Shown piece after piece: positions 1-14,110 of a DNA stretch of 64,000 nt. The notes below the pieces were generated by a model. That model made no database searches, had not been told where the DNA came from, and worked only from the letters and a program-made list of their open reading frames with translations. The position numbers and the translations under genes are program-made. Each line of letters starts with the position of its first letter. Position 1 is the stretch's first letter. Source of the stretch: Felis catus (Eukaryota). Where the stretch lies: the NCBI RefSeq assembly GCF_018350175.1, contig NC_058368.1:144834001-144898000 (forward strand), written 5' to 3'.

Positions 1-39
1 TTTCTAAGACAGTATATCTTCTGTTAACTGTTGTTACCA

Positions 40-84
<45 letters not shown>
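40..84. repeat. (CA)n microsatellite
   Basis: About 22 uninterrupted CA units. Confidence 0.97.
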
Positions 85-86
<2 letters not shown>

Positions 87-228
87 TAATAATAATCAAG
101 GGGTGGGAGGAGTGTATACTTATCTCCAAATTCACTTAGTTGTATATATTAGATATGTACAGCTTTTTACCTGTCAAGCATACCTCAGTAAAATGGTTTA
201 AAACAAGCAAAACAAAAAGAACAAAAAA
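85..228 (+). mobile_element. Old L1 (L1M-type) 3' end fragment
   Basis: tatacttatctccaaattcac...atatgtacagcttttt...tacctcagtaaa followed by an A-rich tail. Confidence 0.65.
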
Positions 229-2856
229 CATGTAAGCTTTAAAAGTTTTAAGAACTTTACCGCTTTTTGATGTCAGTCACCCACTGGGAATATACAAATG
301 GTGCTATGTCTTGAGACCTCTGTGCTCTCACATACCTTTTATGTTCAGGGAGAGGAAACTTAACTTTGGCAGTGAGTGTGTGCATACTCATTTGCTGCCC
401 AGCAGCTGTGTCTGCAATACCAGCCAGAGGTGCTGTCTGCATGCACTCTCTACCTTGCCGACCCCTCACCCTTTAACCTTAGCCTTTGAGTGTACATGCG
501 AGTCATTTGGGATGCAATAAGTTCATCCCATTTTAATAAGCATATTCCCTAGTTAATTTTACTTGCCTATCTGTAAAGGAGGAAGTCTTATCTCATGGAC
601 ATAGGAGTTAGTTATTGTAAACAACCATTAAATAATCAGGTTTCAGGAATATGATTTAATTATTTTCCTTAAGAACATACTATTTTAATTTTTGAAAGCC
701 AAACAATTAATCAGTTGTAACTAGGTATGATTGCTTCACTGCCAACAGCTGCCCCCTCCCCTTATGTCAGGTGTTGAAGTAACTGAATGAATGTGTTTGC
801 ATGAAAATAGTGTAATAGCATGATTTGATGAAATAGATTTACAGAAAAAATGTTCATAGGTGAAATGAGCATGCATCTCAAAAAGATTTAGATTATTTAT
901 ATGTACAGATTTTTGTGAGTCTTAGAAGCCTAGATACATTTACTGTAAATCATAATTAGGAGCTGTTGATTGAAGAGGCGAGTGTGGCTTTTTATAAAGC
1001 AATCAGGTCATACTTCATTCGTGTAAAAGACCAATAATTACAGATGAGTGGGCATGCTCTCTCTCTCCTCTGGTCTCTCCTATTGTTTCAAAACATTGAT
1101 AAGTGTTACCACACTTTCATAATATCCCATTATAGACAAGATATAAAATATTAATAGGCATTCGTTTCAATGTTGTACTATGCTATTAAAAGGCAGAGAG
1201 AACTCAGGACCTTCAGAAAATCCTATGCCTCCCTAATATTACATACCTAACATTTATTGTAGAAACCAGGAATCCTGTTTAAGAAAAACAAAATGTAACC
1301 AGCTCATTGTTGAGCTCTCATTTTCTACCAATCACAGAACACTTCCCTTGTTTCTTTCCCTAAAAACTGCTCAAATCCAGGTGGGCAAATAAAAGTAAAA
1401 ACAAAACCCCAAGAAATAAAACCAAGCTTATACAATATAAACTATAAATTCCTCAAAATGTCTGAATAAGGAATTAGAAGTCAAAGGTAAGATTTACAAC
1501 AGGTTGTGTAGGTTTCTGTGAGAACTAACAGAGGGGCATTGGTGCCAGCGAGGCAGTGATGCTAAGCGAGGCTAAGTAGCTGCTAACTTGTGTTGTATTG
1601 ACTGAAGGAACAACCTGGTAAGTGTTTACTAACATTGTTTCTATAATAGGACTCCAGGGACCAATGGGGAGAGACACAAGTAGTAAGAGATTGAGAAAGA
1701 TTATTGTCAACTGGCTTGGATGTAAACAGTGGGTCTTGTGGTAGAGATGGGGAGTTTGGTTTATGCCAAAGCAAAACATCTTGAAAAATTGCTTAATGGA
1801 GAAATGAATTCTTTTATCAAAATGTAATCATTCACCACAGGAAAAAAATGCAGTAATTGTGTGAGAGGCCATTACCACTTACTATGTAGTTTAAGATCTG
1901 ATCGACTTGGCTTTTAGTTAACTATGTTTTCCTGGAGTCTTTTTTTGTCTTATAATATTTCAAAAAAGACTGGACTTTTTTTTCCCCCAGTCTTTTTCCA
2001 GTTTTTCCCCAGTTTTTTTTTATTCCTTGAGGAATAAAGTAGGTGTTTTCAAGAGCCACATTAATCCATTTAAATAGTTACTTATGAAGGTGCATTAACT
2101 TTTCAATAATTCTAAATAATACCTTAACTACAAGGACTAACTGTAGGTACTAGTGATAACTAGAGAGAGAGAAGTAGATACATAGAGAGGATTTAATGCA
2201 GTTCTACTCATGAAATTTATGTGAATTTCTTCCTGAGCAAGTTAGATTTCAGTTGCAAGATAATGCATGATTGGATAACTTATATTTCTTCATTGACCTG
2301 CAAGAGTATTTTCTATGCACTCTACTACTGTGAAAGGAAAATAGATGTCTTTTTTAGTCCTGTTTTAGATGTTTCTATTCCCACTCCCAACCTAATGACA
2401 CCCTTTGCCTTAGACTTGGCTTGAGAAATGAGTCCTGTGATGCAGGCAGAGGTTGTCCAACTTTTAGCCACAGGAAAAGGAGTGTTGTGCTCAGGCCAGG
2501 TAAGCGAATAGAATTCTTTCAAAGGAAGATGGATGGAGGAGCCAACCCTGCAAATAAATGCCTTGGTCCTTTGCAGTTAAGACTCCTCCTCTGGCCTCAT
2601 TTCTTCTGCAATATCAAGGTCAAAGGAAACTTCACACAGTCACCTTTACCTCTCAGGGTACTGGCTAAATATCTGAGGAGAATAAAGAACTCCTGATGAG
2701 AAACTAAACTTATAATTCTTTGTTTGCATTCCAGAATTGTTCAGACTATATTTTCCATTTCAAACAGTTCTACATACAAAGATTCTCAGAAGACAGGTTT
2801 TCACATCTCTGATTTGTCTTATATTTGAGTTTGAAAATTTTTTCTATATACTCTTT

Positions 2857-3105
2857 CTGTTTTCTTTTTGAGAGAGAGAGAGAGAGCATGAGCTGGGGAG
2901 AGGGGCAGAAGGGGAAGAAGACAGTTGGGGGGGTGATGGAGAGACAGAAAGAGAGAGAGACAGAGAGAGAGGGAGAATGAGAATCTTAAGTAGGCTCCAC
3001 GCTCAGCACAGAGCCCAATGTGGGGCTTGATCCCACAAATCTGGGATCATGACCGAGCCAAAACAAAGAGTCAGATGCTCAACCAACTGAACCACCAGGC
3101 ACCCC
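2857..3105 (-). mobile_element. Can-SINE
   Basis: tRNA-like head GGGGTGCCTGG on the minus strand, (CT)n tract, TSD tctatatactcttt (2843-2856 / 3106-3119). Confidence 0.93.
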
Positions 3106-3693
3106 TCTATATACTCTTTTAACATAATCACTGAAAATAAAAATTAGTAGCCAAGTAGCTATGAAAGGAATGTCTTGAACTCTAAGCACATTTTGAATAT
3201 TTAAGTTCATTTTCATCTTTTAAACAAATGGTAAAATATAAATTCAACTTATAAAGTAAGGAAGCATTTACTCTGAAGAGTTTGAAAGTTGAAATATGTT
3301 AATAAGTCACTGCACAAATATACTCTCTCCAAAGCCAAAATTACTTGGGTGTTTTTTTAAAAATCTCTTTTGGTCAAGTTCCTAGTTTCTGAATTCTGTA
3401 TATTTTTTGTGTATAGGTTTTTATGCCAGAAATAGATTTGAAGTGTGTTAATTATTGACATTTACACCTAAAAAGTTGAAACCATGTAGCTTATTTTTGG
3501 CAAGTGGAATCAAGATCACCACAACGGGTTCTATAATATAAAGCCTAGAGTATACATTTTCATCTACAGCTGGAAGAAATGCTGAATAGGTTAGGAATTG
3601 ACACTATGTCTTTAACTTCTGAACTGAAGTTTACGTGGCAGTTTATGATTAATCATTCGTCTTAGTAAATGCCAATTTTCTACTCATTAGGAG

Positions 3694-4159
3694 TGTTAAC
3701 CATAAAAATAAAACTATCAGTTATTTTACCAGTAAAAATGGTTTATTTGGGAATAGGAGAGAATTGCATTTTGGGACCTACAAGTCATGGCAAAACCAAA
3801 GGCAAGACTGGAGAACAGAGGAGAGGAAAGCTCTTTTTTCTAGAGGAAAGAGGGTGGTTGGGAGGGACCTTTATAAACAAAAAATCCATTGGAATAGACT
3901 GGGAGTTTGAAGGGTAGTGGCTTTTCACTGGCTGCATTGTGACAGTCTTTCATTGGCTGGGCTGTTGCTAAGCAAGAAGAAAACCTTCCTGCCTTCAGCT
4001 GGGGTAGTGAAGTGTAGGCTTCTTTCTGTCAGGAATGCAAGGTATTCTAGACCTAGGAAGGGTCTACAATCGACCACTAGCAGTAAAACACGAGAGCTCC
4101 CCCTGTTGGTGTCCCCGCTCCCCCTTCTTAAATGAAGTTTCCTTTCATTAATTTTCACA
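3694..4159 (-). mobile_element. Solo LTR, ERV1-type (466 bp)
   Basis: TG...CA termini flanked by a 4-bp direct repeat GGAG (3690-3693, 4160-4163); minus-strand AATAAA near 3742-3747, close to the inferred 3' end. Confidence 0.75.
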
Positions 4160-6069
4160 GGAGTAAGAACATCTATCTGTGAAACGACAGGGAAGACTAT
4201 CTGACTTAATCATTGTCTGCTACAAAACTCCTCTTCAGTTGGATAAACTCATACATTTCCAGTGCCACTCTAATGCATAAGTAGGATGAACAGAACCTCC
4301 TTTTTGAGGCCCAGGGTAAACTTGATGAGTAGTAGTCCTGCCAAGTAAACCAGAAAGATATTTTAAACAGATTTCAAATGAACATTTATGTTTTCTAGAA
4401 CATATACCTTTCCAATCTGTATTTCATGTTTTCTGAAGTGCCTGTTGCCAGAGCAAAACTACACAATATTTCTGGTTACTTGAAGGAAAAACTGTCGCTA
4501 TTAGTTATTCATTTTTGCAAATACACAGTTCAGTAACTCTCTCCTACACAGAAACATTATGCAAATCTTTCTAGCATTTGAAAATATGGTAGCAAATACC
4601 TTTCCAAACAAGGTTTTAAATCATCTGGGAAGTGAGGCAATCAGACAGCTTGCCAGACCTCTCTTCACCCTGAACCATTTCCCCTCTGAGATGATTTAAG
4701 AAGCTCATTTTAGAGATACTCATGGCATACAAGTTCTGTAGACACTTGGGCTTTGCATGCTTTATATTCTAAAGTGAGCTTTACTGGACCATGTAATTTT
4801 GCACCCAGAAATCTTTCAGCAAGATTACTATTTTTGAGAAGAGCCCGAGATTATTTTGCTGGCTCTATTTCACATGGTATTTTTGCTAAATGGATTGAAT
4901 TTTAAACTCTGATGAGTCAATACTGAGAATTTGGTTATGGCCTGATTTTGTGGAGTAATTACCTTAGAAATACCGGCAGTGGATGTACAAATCTGTCTTT
5001 GGTGTAAATTAGATTTGGCTTCTATGTTGGTTTTGATTTGGTTATTTATTTGGTCCAACAAATTTCTTATTAGTAACTGTTATACTGAGCATTTCAGGTT
5101 TGAATCTGGATATTAGTATGAGAACTTTTATGGTGAGACAGATCTCCTGCAATTGCTAATGCTCCAATTTTCATTTAACACTTTCATATATGCCTTATAT
5201 TTTTTAAAGTGTTGACTGGATTCTCTTTTTTCAACAGGTATCAATTTAGCTCTCTGGGGGTTTTTCATTGAATCAAAAAGTATGCTTAGGTAAATACTTC
5301 TCAAATAAAGATGAAGTAAATGTATAAAATCTTTGACTAGTAACTGCTTGTCATAATAGCATGCTGAGTTTTAATTTCAAAATTAAAATCACTCCCAATG
5401 ATTAACAATATGTTCTGTTGAACCAATTTTGAGACCATTAAGTATGTGTAATATCCCTTTAGTCACAAGTGAATAATAACCAACTTGATGACAAAACAGT
5501 GAGCACCACAAAAGACTATATAGAGAATACATATGATACTTACAATTCTTAAGTCATTTCTTTCTCTGAAACAATATTTACGTAAATAAGCAATGTTGAA
5601 TTCTTTTATGCAACCTATCCTAATTTATATATTATATGTGATAAATGAGATTATATTGTAAGCACATTTAAATGCAAATTTTTTTCATGTGACATGACTA
5701 GACGTCAAGAGTTCCCTCTCTCATCTGAGATCAACGTACATTGAGAAGGGCCGCGTAGTGAAGCAGAGCCAATACGCACTGCGAGGGAAGCTTTGCAAAC
5801 TAAATGAGACAGCTAAACATTTATATGTAGCATGTCTGTTGGTTCTAGATCTTTCCAAAAAGGGATGCCATGTTTCTTATCAGACAATCTGCGTAGGAAG
5901 TAAAACTTCTGGAATTTCCTTATAAATCTTCATGGCTCTGGTCAGAACCGGCAAGGATTGAAATAAATGAGTTTTAAAGTACAGTGACACAAGATTAAAA
6001 TAAGTAAATAAATAAATCTTTATGCTTCTTTTGACGTATAGGGTTTCTTTACTTTTAAGAATATATTGA

Positions 6070-6403
6070 GAGTTGGGGGGGGAGGGGGAATTGGGGGAAG
6101 GTGGTCAAAAGGTACAAACTTCCAGTTATAAGATCAGTAAGTACTGGAGATGCGATGTGTAACATGGTGACTGTGTCTAACACTGCTGTATAGTAAATAG
6201 AAAAGTTATGAACAGAGTAGATCCTAAGTGTTCTCATCACAAGGAAACATTTTTTCCCTTTGTTTCCTTTTTATTATATCTATATGTTAGCTGAACCTAT
6301 TGTGGTAATCATTTCACAATATATGTAAATCAAACTGTCATGCTATATATGCCATAAACTTAGTGATGTATTTTAATTATTTCTCAGTAAAAATAGGGAA
6401 AAA
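6070..6403 (+). mobile_element. L1MA9-like 3' end
   Basis: ggtcaaaaggtacaaacttccagttataag...agagtagatcctaagtgttctcatcac...attgtggtaatcatttcacaatatat. Confidence 0.8.
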
Positions 6404-9400
6404 CCTGACAGCTGCAACACAGACATTTGGGGACTACTGTAAAAATTTCAACTGGTTAGATAATATTAGGGAATTTTTGTTAACTTTGGTTGTGATAATA
6501 GTGTTATTTATATAGAAGTCAGCAACCTATAGTTGACAATTCACTTCATTGTGAATCACATGCCTACCTTTGTAAATAAAGTTTTATTAAAATACATAAA
6601 GAACATATTGAGCTACGAGAACAAATATTTGATTACTCATATTATTTGGGGCTGGATATGCAGACATTCTAACCTCTTTTCCTTCATTTTGGACTCTTAC
6701 ACTGTTGTTTCATTCACCAAGAGTTGCTGAGGGGGAACTGAACTAATTCTGCTGGCTTTTATCTCTCTGTGCCAATCTTGCCCCGAATCTACATAATGCA
6801 GCTATCACTAGAAACCATTTTTGCACAATTAAAAATAGCAGAGAAGTTCTTAGTTACAGGACTTTTACCTGTCTTAAATTCAGGTACTATTCAGTTGCCT
6901 TGCTACCTACCCTCCATCTCCCAGAAATCCAGACACCTTGCTAAAATTGCCTGACAAGTTACTTTAGGTAACCCTTGGCTCAGTAAAGTGTCTGGCCATT
7001 AGAATTTATAACATTTTTCTTTCTAATCACTATGTTCAAATGTGCTGCCTCGCTGAACTAGAAAACCTCATTTGGATCAAAACCATAATACTCAAAACAC
7101 TTGGTATTTAAATACTCTTAAATACTGTGTAACCAGTATTAAAGAATTTATTGAAAACAGATTTCTATATTTAATTTAAATCTAGGATGAATTTTTAATT
7201 TCAATTATAGATCTTCCTCCTCCTAAGTTTTAATTTATCTACAGAGGAGTATACAGAACCTACTTCAGAATCTTTATTTGGGCAACGGTGAACTGAGACA
7301 ACCATCTGTACAATTCATCAGAAAGATAAATGCACTTGAGGAGAAGCATAGTTTTGCATGAATTATCTGCATAATTGCTTCAGATTTCCACATCATGTGT
7401 AATACTATTTGGAACAAAATATAAAACTATTATCCATTAACGGATATTTGCTAACAATATTAGTTATTTTTGGTATTTGGTTTAGTTATCTGACCACATA
7501 GAACCCGCTACACATAGCCGTTTCTTAAGGCATATAAATTCTTTGATAGTACAGACTCCTGGTTTTTACATGAGGCATAATGTCTGCTTCAGTCATATAC
7601 ACAGATCCACATTAGCTATATTTTGATTTATAATTCAGAAACACTTAAGGCTAGCTTCATACAAAACAATTTTCTTTACTTTTTCTATGGGTAATAAAGC
7701 AGAGTCTAGAAATGAAAGGGTAGAAACTATAAATGAAAAGTTGTATTTTTAAAATTAAATGTGAAAACAGGTACCAAATCAAGGGCCATTTATGTACATT
7801 TTTATGGCAACTTTTCCCATTACATGAATAGCTCGAGTATTTGTACAAAAACATTAAGTGAGAAGTCCATTTGAGAATAAATGTAATCACAGACACGTGT
7901 GCATGCACGCACATGCAAATGCGTGTACGCTAAATTTACAGAATGGGTCAGGTAGCTGATGACCACGGTTGAATTAAGGATAGTAGATTACTGAGAATCA
8001 TCCCAGATTCCAATTGTATTTATACATTAATTATGCATTTGTAAAAATCTTACAAATAATTCTATTTTCCCAGGATGACATTATAGGTAACAATTTAATA
8101 CATGTGGTAAAAAAAAAAAAACATATTAAGTTCTTAAAATCATAATTAGATAAATTAAATACCTCAATCTGATAGTTATCATAAATAAAGAATTCTATGA
8201 ATAAAGTCTTTTCCATTTTCCATGTTGACAACAACAGCATGTCCTTTATATATCATTCTAATATACAGTTTCTGTGAAGATTTTAGTTGTCCCAATGCAT
8301 GGAAAGTAAAACGTCTTGAAATATGATTTGACAGAAAGCAATATACACATTTTAATCAGTAGTTTTTATTAAGAAAATTTCTAAGGTATTGCTAAATGTA
8401 AAGTTGATTTGTTTTCAAATTATGTAAATTGGACAGATTACTTGAATTGTTTCCTAATAAGTAGATGGTTAATTAAACGTTACTGAGCAATTTTACCAGG
8501 ACATGATGGAAATTTAGCTGACAACATATTGTATTGTGTTCTGAGAATATTATGAGGAATCCAAATTTCACTTCCTTGGCAATGTCCTGAGGTCATATGA
8601 TGCAAAAGACAATGTGGGATAAAGTTTTAATATTAACTAGGAATAAATCCTCGATATCATTTTTTTCTAGGAATGTTAATACTTTTCTCATGTTAATTGC
8701 ACATTTTATTTAAAAAATGAAGTGCTAAATATTTCTAGGAACATAATATTTCAATGACTAGGATAATCAAAACAAATGCAATTTATCCCGAGGAGAGTAA
8801 ATTCACAAAGGGGGAAGAGACAAACTGTAATTCTATACATGAAAACACTTAGTCCCACTTCAAAATTTGCAATATCTATGGATAGTACTGCATTTCATTT
8901 TTAAGGATGTAGTTAGCAAGACCAGTCACATTAAACTACTTACAGAAATTATTTTCTTCTTTCAGGAAGACCAATTACATTAACAGGAAACTTAACAAGA
9001 AATTCTCCTTAGGAGACTTATTCAACTGAGAATTTCTCTTTAGAATACAGTTTAGAGAAGTAATGAAAGGGTCTAAGGTGTTTTTCATCTGTAGGTCATC
9101 TCTTTCAATCTGACTTAGAGTTCAAGGATAAAGTTGATGCTTTTGGTGAAATAAATTAATAATGTTCATTCAATTTCTTATAAACAAATATCTACATAGA
9201 AAAACTATAATTATTGTATGATTCCTGGCATTAAGGTAACCAAGGAATAAAAGATCATTTATGCTCTTACCTTTAGATGCAGTGCCTTCCTAAGAAGGTC
9301 TGAGGTGGAAAAGCTAACATGGGTATGTTAAAGCTGGGCACGGGAGATTCCATCTGCTTAGGTCTTGTATTACTCTCTTTTCATCCCAAATCACTTTTAT

Positions 9401-12400
9401 CAGCTACTTTACCAATGAAATAAAAAGCAATCAGAGGAAAGAATTATGTTTAATAGTTACCAGTTATGGTATAACATAATGTAAATCATAGTGGGAGTGT
9501 TTTGTGAGCAAACTGCATACCAGTCCAATATACACATGTGCGCACACGCACACCTCCCGCCCCCCCCCCCCCACACACACAAGTGTTTAGTATGCAAAAC
9601 AGAAGGGTACCAATGGTGGTTCACCATTTTTTCTTTGACTTTTCCAGTATTTCTCAAGTTATACTTCACAGACCCAGGGTGCCTCTAACGCACGCGTATG
9701 ATTGGGCACCATTGTTTTAAGCAAATGCAGACTCCTGCTCCTCATTGTCAACAAGAAACTTATACCACGAGGACAGGGAGTTAAAAAAAAAAAAAAGACT
9801 AGTTTACCTTTCGGAATATATGTGGCAATTCTCCCCCCACTTCCATTTTCTCACTACCACACTACACACTCATACACTACTTGCATCAATTAGTGTTTTC
9901 AAGAAAAGAGTATTATAGTACAAAAAAAAAAAAATGAAGGCAAAACCAGTGTTAAAATACTATAAAGCGTTCCAAAATCAAGTAGCTATGATTTGTGGCA
10001 CTGCTTCTAATTAACAGTGACAATCAAGAAGAGGAAATTGTACTTATTTCCCCAGGAAAAACTATACAATGCACGAAGAAGAAAACTGTAGGGGCTGAAA
10101 AGGTAAAAGTGTGCAGTCTGTACCTTATTTCTATTGGAGGATGCAGGGATTGGGAAGGAGGCAATGTAGGAAGACATGGAAGAGGCCAATTAAGACCTCA
10201 CGGTATTAAGGACTGTGTAACACTCTATGCCAGGGAGCAGTTTTGAATGCTTTGCTGCACATTCCCAGAATACTATAAAGAAAAGGGGTGGGCAGATGTA
10301 GAGCTTCCTCATGTCCCAAAGTGAACTCATTTATTTTTATTTATCACCTTTTAAGCTATAGGAAGAAAGTTAACTGAATGATCCTATGAAATGCACCAGA
10401 GTTCAGCTGTCCTAGAGAATCATAAGAACAGAAATCAAAGTTTTCTCTATATTCCTAGAAGGAAAAGGGTGTTTTGGGCACTTTTCATGGCACAGGGAGC
10501 AGAACTGATTTGTCAATATTTTGGGCAGCAGAGAAATATTAACCTCAGATTCCCAGTTGTGCAATTCCTATACATCAGTAATCGAGTCCAAACTAGAACA
10601 CTTGTAACAGAGTGCTAGGATTCACCCATCAAATGTGTGGGGTGTTACCAGATCAAGGGCACTCCATAGCCTTTGTTCCCACAGGTAATTTTGCTGTAAG
10701 ACTCTGGAGAAAACTTGGCATGTATTTTTAACGTAGTGAGTTTGCCAGAATGCAAGGCAGAGTAATGAAAATTAATGTTTTCACTTATTTATTTTCACAT
10801 TTCATATGTGTATTTTATGTATTCAGTGTAGGCAAGAATTACTGATGCTATTCCTGTGAGGTGAAATATGTAAAAATAACTCAGGAACAGGTAGTATATA
10901 TCAAGACCAACACACATTCATCGATGGAGATGCACCAACATAAGAGAACAGGGTTAAATGGTATTATTACAAGAGAAAAAGATAAAGTTTAGATAATTCA
11001 AAACCTAAACAAAAATTATTGTACAGACTTACTATCCTCCATTTGGTGCATGAGAAAGTTATTTGATATTAAAATTAAGTATTCTTATTTTATGGTTTTC
11101 TTAAATACAATTTTCTCTTCAAAAATAAATTTTCAACTATTTCAGGAATTAAAAAAAATTGCAATAGCTATTTGTAATCTGGACTCCAAGAAAGGAAAAG
11201 AAATAAATACTCATGATAAATTGCTATATGCTGAAAAATCCAATTTTACTTTTTTTTGACCAAGTGGACTAGAAGTAATGAAATCCATATTGCCATTTAT
11301 ATTCTAATATTACCCCTGAAATAAGGAGAAGTATAATTGGGTTCATGATTCTTTGTGATAGTGAGAAACAATACCTTCTTAGAAGGCAAATAAAAGAAAC
11401 TGAAGATCAGTAACAATGGAATGAATAGTCAAAAAACGTTGAAATGTCTAGCATTGTAAGATTAAGCTTAATAATCACAGGGTTGAAAATGTTCACACAA
11501 TTCTAAAAAGTGAAAGTTAAAATTATTCTTGGTAAATTCACATGTCTATACGAAGTGTCTTCAGACTAACTTGGCTTGAGTTAAAGACTTTCTAATTTGA
11601 CTTTTTCATGAAAGTTCTCTGCAGCTTGAAAACTTGAAGCTGTTCTCCAGTGTGCAGTCCTAGGCTCCCCCACACTGTTGGATTAATGGTGACTCATTTG
11701 ACTAGAGTTTAAATCTGGGACATAAATTTAATTCAGCATCTTTTTCCCCCTTCAACAGTTCTGCCCAGCATCCCTGTCATGCACAGGCAAAATCTTATTT
11801 TCAGAGGGAATAAATCATTATGGATTTGAGAGAAATAAGTCATCTGGGACAAGGAACTAGCAAATATACTGCTAAATTTTCACTTTGGAGACCATAAGCC
11901 TAAAGGAAGGAGGATTCCTCTTACCTGCGATTAAACAATACTTTTTCAAATTCTTTGCTCTGGAGTTTGGATATGTAGTTGATGTTTACCAATGGTAATT
12001 TGTATCACAATTTTAACAGAAAGGATCGCCAACTTATCTTGTGGAGTCTAAAATTAAAGTCTTCACATTTTTCTCTTATAATTTCGGTGTCTGTATGTAA
12101 GACTGAACACAAAACCCCCAAAAGATATGCAAAGCGCCACAGAACAATGTGCTTTAGCGTAAGGGAAGTGTTTTGTTTTTTTCTTTAATTTTTAACATTT
12201 ATGCATTCTTTTCTGAACAGTTACACAATGCAGATTTAGCCTGCTGAAGTCAATGGCCAGATGAATATAGTTACTACAAATGATTTCCCTCTAAACAAAA
12301 GTCTTATATCCTGGGAACAGAGCAGGGGCTTTGCTGCTAGTGAGGTATTCACAGATGGGACTGTTACCAGTCAGTTCTGCGGCTAGTAAGCAAGTTACCC

Positions 12401-12954
12401 AGATAGAAAAGCAGCACTTCAGAGCCCCTTGGGTGCAGTAAAAACTCTTTTCCCCTTCTGCTGAAAGTCTCAGTCATTTGAATGTATATTCTTTGCAGTG
12501 TCTATGTGGAAATGTTCACAAGAAGTCTGAGTAAAAATCAGATACCATTTTCCATTAGCATGTTATTAAAAATTTAGCTCTACTATTCCTGGTGAGAAGT
12601 GACAATTTCAAGCAAATGGTTTTGTTATCACTTCTGGGCTCCATCATGTTAGACAGAAGATATATTTCTAAAAATATGACGACCCCTGTCATTTTATTGC
12701 TATGTTCTAAGCAGGTGGGGCTAATTAATGATTTTCTGTATCATCAAAGACAAATCAAGAATTCCATCTAAAGCAATTCTTGCAGAAATATATGGTGTTG
12801 GGCCCCAGTTGAAGTAGTTTTCCTAAATAAAAACTACAAAATACTTTTCACTAAAGGTAACTGAGAAATTGTTTGATCTGACAGAGGATGAGGACACACC
12901 TTCTTCTTCTTCTTCTTTTTTTTTTTTTGAGACAGTACACTTTGTGATTCACAG

Positions 12955-13546
12955 GGTAACTTGCATCAGACGCAATTTAATGAAAGCTCTCAAATAAGCA
13001 ATTTTATTCCTATCCATGATTGCAGACATTTACAAAACCATAACATCTGAGTTCACCTTAAAAAATAACTTATATAAAGCAGTGATATACACAGCACAAA
13101 ATAGTTCAGGGAGGGGCAGGAGCAACTTTTAATAATTAAAATGTAAACGTGAAAAAAAGGATGGAATAAAAGTCCCTACTTACTTCTACTTAAGATGTCA
13201 TGTAATAATATTTTACAATGTCCTGTGGGTCAATGTATGTATGTGCATATGTCCGTATAACATACACATATACAATACATTCTCTGACCCACACATATAC
13301 ATACACAGATAATTATTTGCAGTTCAGTTTAGGGCAATTCTAATATGCCGCTCTGTACAGTTGTTTGAATCACGTTTGGACCCGCTTTCTTCAAAAAATA
13401 GGGGAGAGAGCAGGAAATAAAAAGGTTGGTTTGGTGTGACTGAGATTCCTTTGTTTAACTGTACACTGTGATGAATAATTTTCTTCCGTAGTAGTTCTGT
13501 GAAGGGCTGACTCACTGTGGTTTTCATGAGGAGACTTGGTAATGGA
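12955..13546 (-). other. SSBP2: SSBP2 proximal 3' UTR (minimum extent; cleavage site approximate)
   Basis: Directly follows the stop codon; repeat-free, U/GU-rich on the mRNA strand; ends near tandem poly(A) hexamers. Confidence 0.75.
12976..13008 (-). terminator. Proximal polyadenylation signals AATAAA (13003-13008) and ATTAAA (12976-12981)
   Basis: + strand tttatt and tttaat about 540-570 nt past the stop codon. Confidence 0.6.
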
Positions 13547-13576
13547 TCACACACTCATTGTCATGCTAGGGGAGTA
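13547..13576 (-). CDS. SSBP2: SSBP2 terminal exon coding part (YSPSMTMSV*)
   Basis: Strong pyrimidine tract TTCTTTTTTTCTTTCTAG acceptor; TAC TCC CCT AGC ATG ACA ATG AGT GTG TGA is the conserved SSDP-family C-terminus. Confidence 0.97.
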   Translation of the reverse strand, partial: YSPSMTMSV

Positions 13577-13944
13577 CTAGAAAGAAAAAAGAATCCATAT
13601 TTTAACAACAATTCTTTTACAGACCACTAATGTTCTTCTTGGTAAACAGTAGTAACCATGGATTTTAACGTCTTGAAATCTTTTATGCTCAAGCCTTTAA
13701 CATAAAAATAAGAAGCTATAAAAGAGTAAATTTATACAGAATTGACTAAGTCCTGAAATTTATAATATTTCCTCTGGAAAGCGACCAGCCTCCCTCTCTC
13801 TCTGCACTCAGATGGCTGATAACTACCCAGGCCCTCAGTCGTCTCCTTCTAGCCAGATTCATGTTTTGTGGGCATTTGTAACAATCTGGGTAAATCCAAT
13901 CCATAATGAAATAAGTATGAGGGACAGCCTAACTACCTACTAAC

Positions 13945-14110
13945 TATGTAAACTGACCTGACCTCTTTGTGCTTCAGTTTCTTCATGGGTGAAACGGGTT
14001 TAATAATAGCATTTATCTTAAAGGAACTTGGGGAGTATTAAATCTAAAATCTTTAAAACCATGTATTTACTGAATATACAGAAAGTGTTCAGTAAATGTT
14101 TAATTAATAG
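13945..14110 (+). mobile_element. MIR remnant
   Basis: acctctttgtgcttcagtttcttcatgggtgaaacgggtttaataatag core. Confidence 0.65.
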
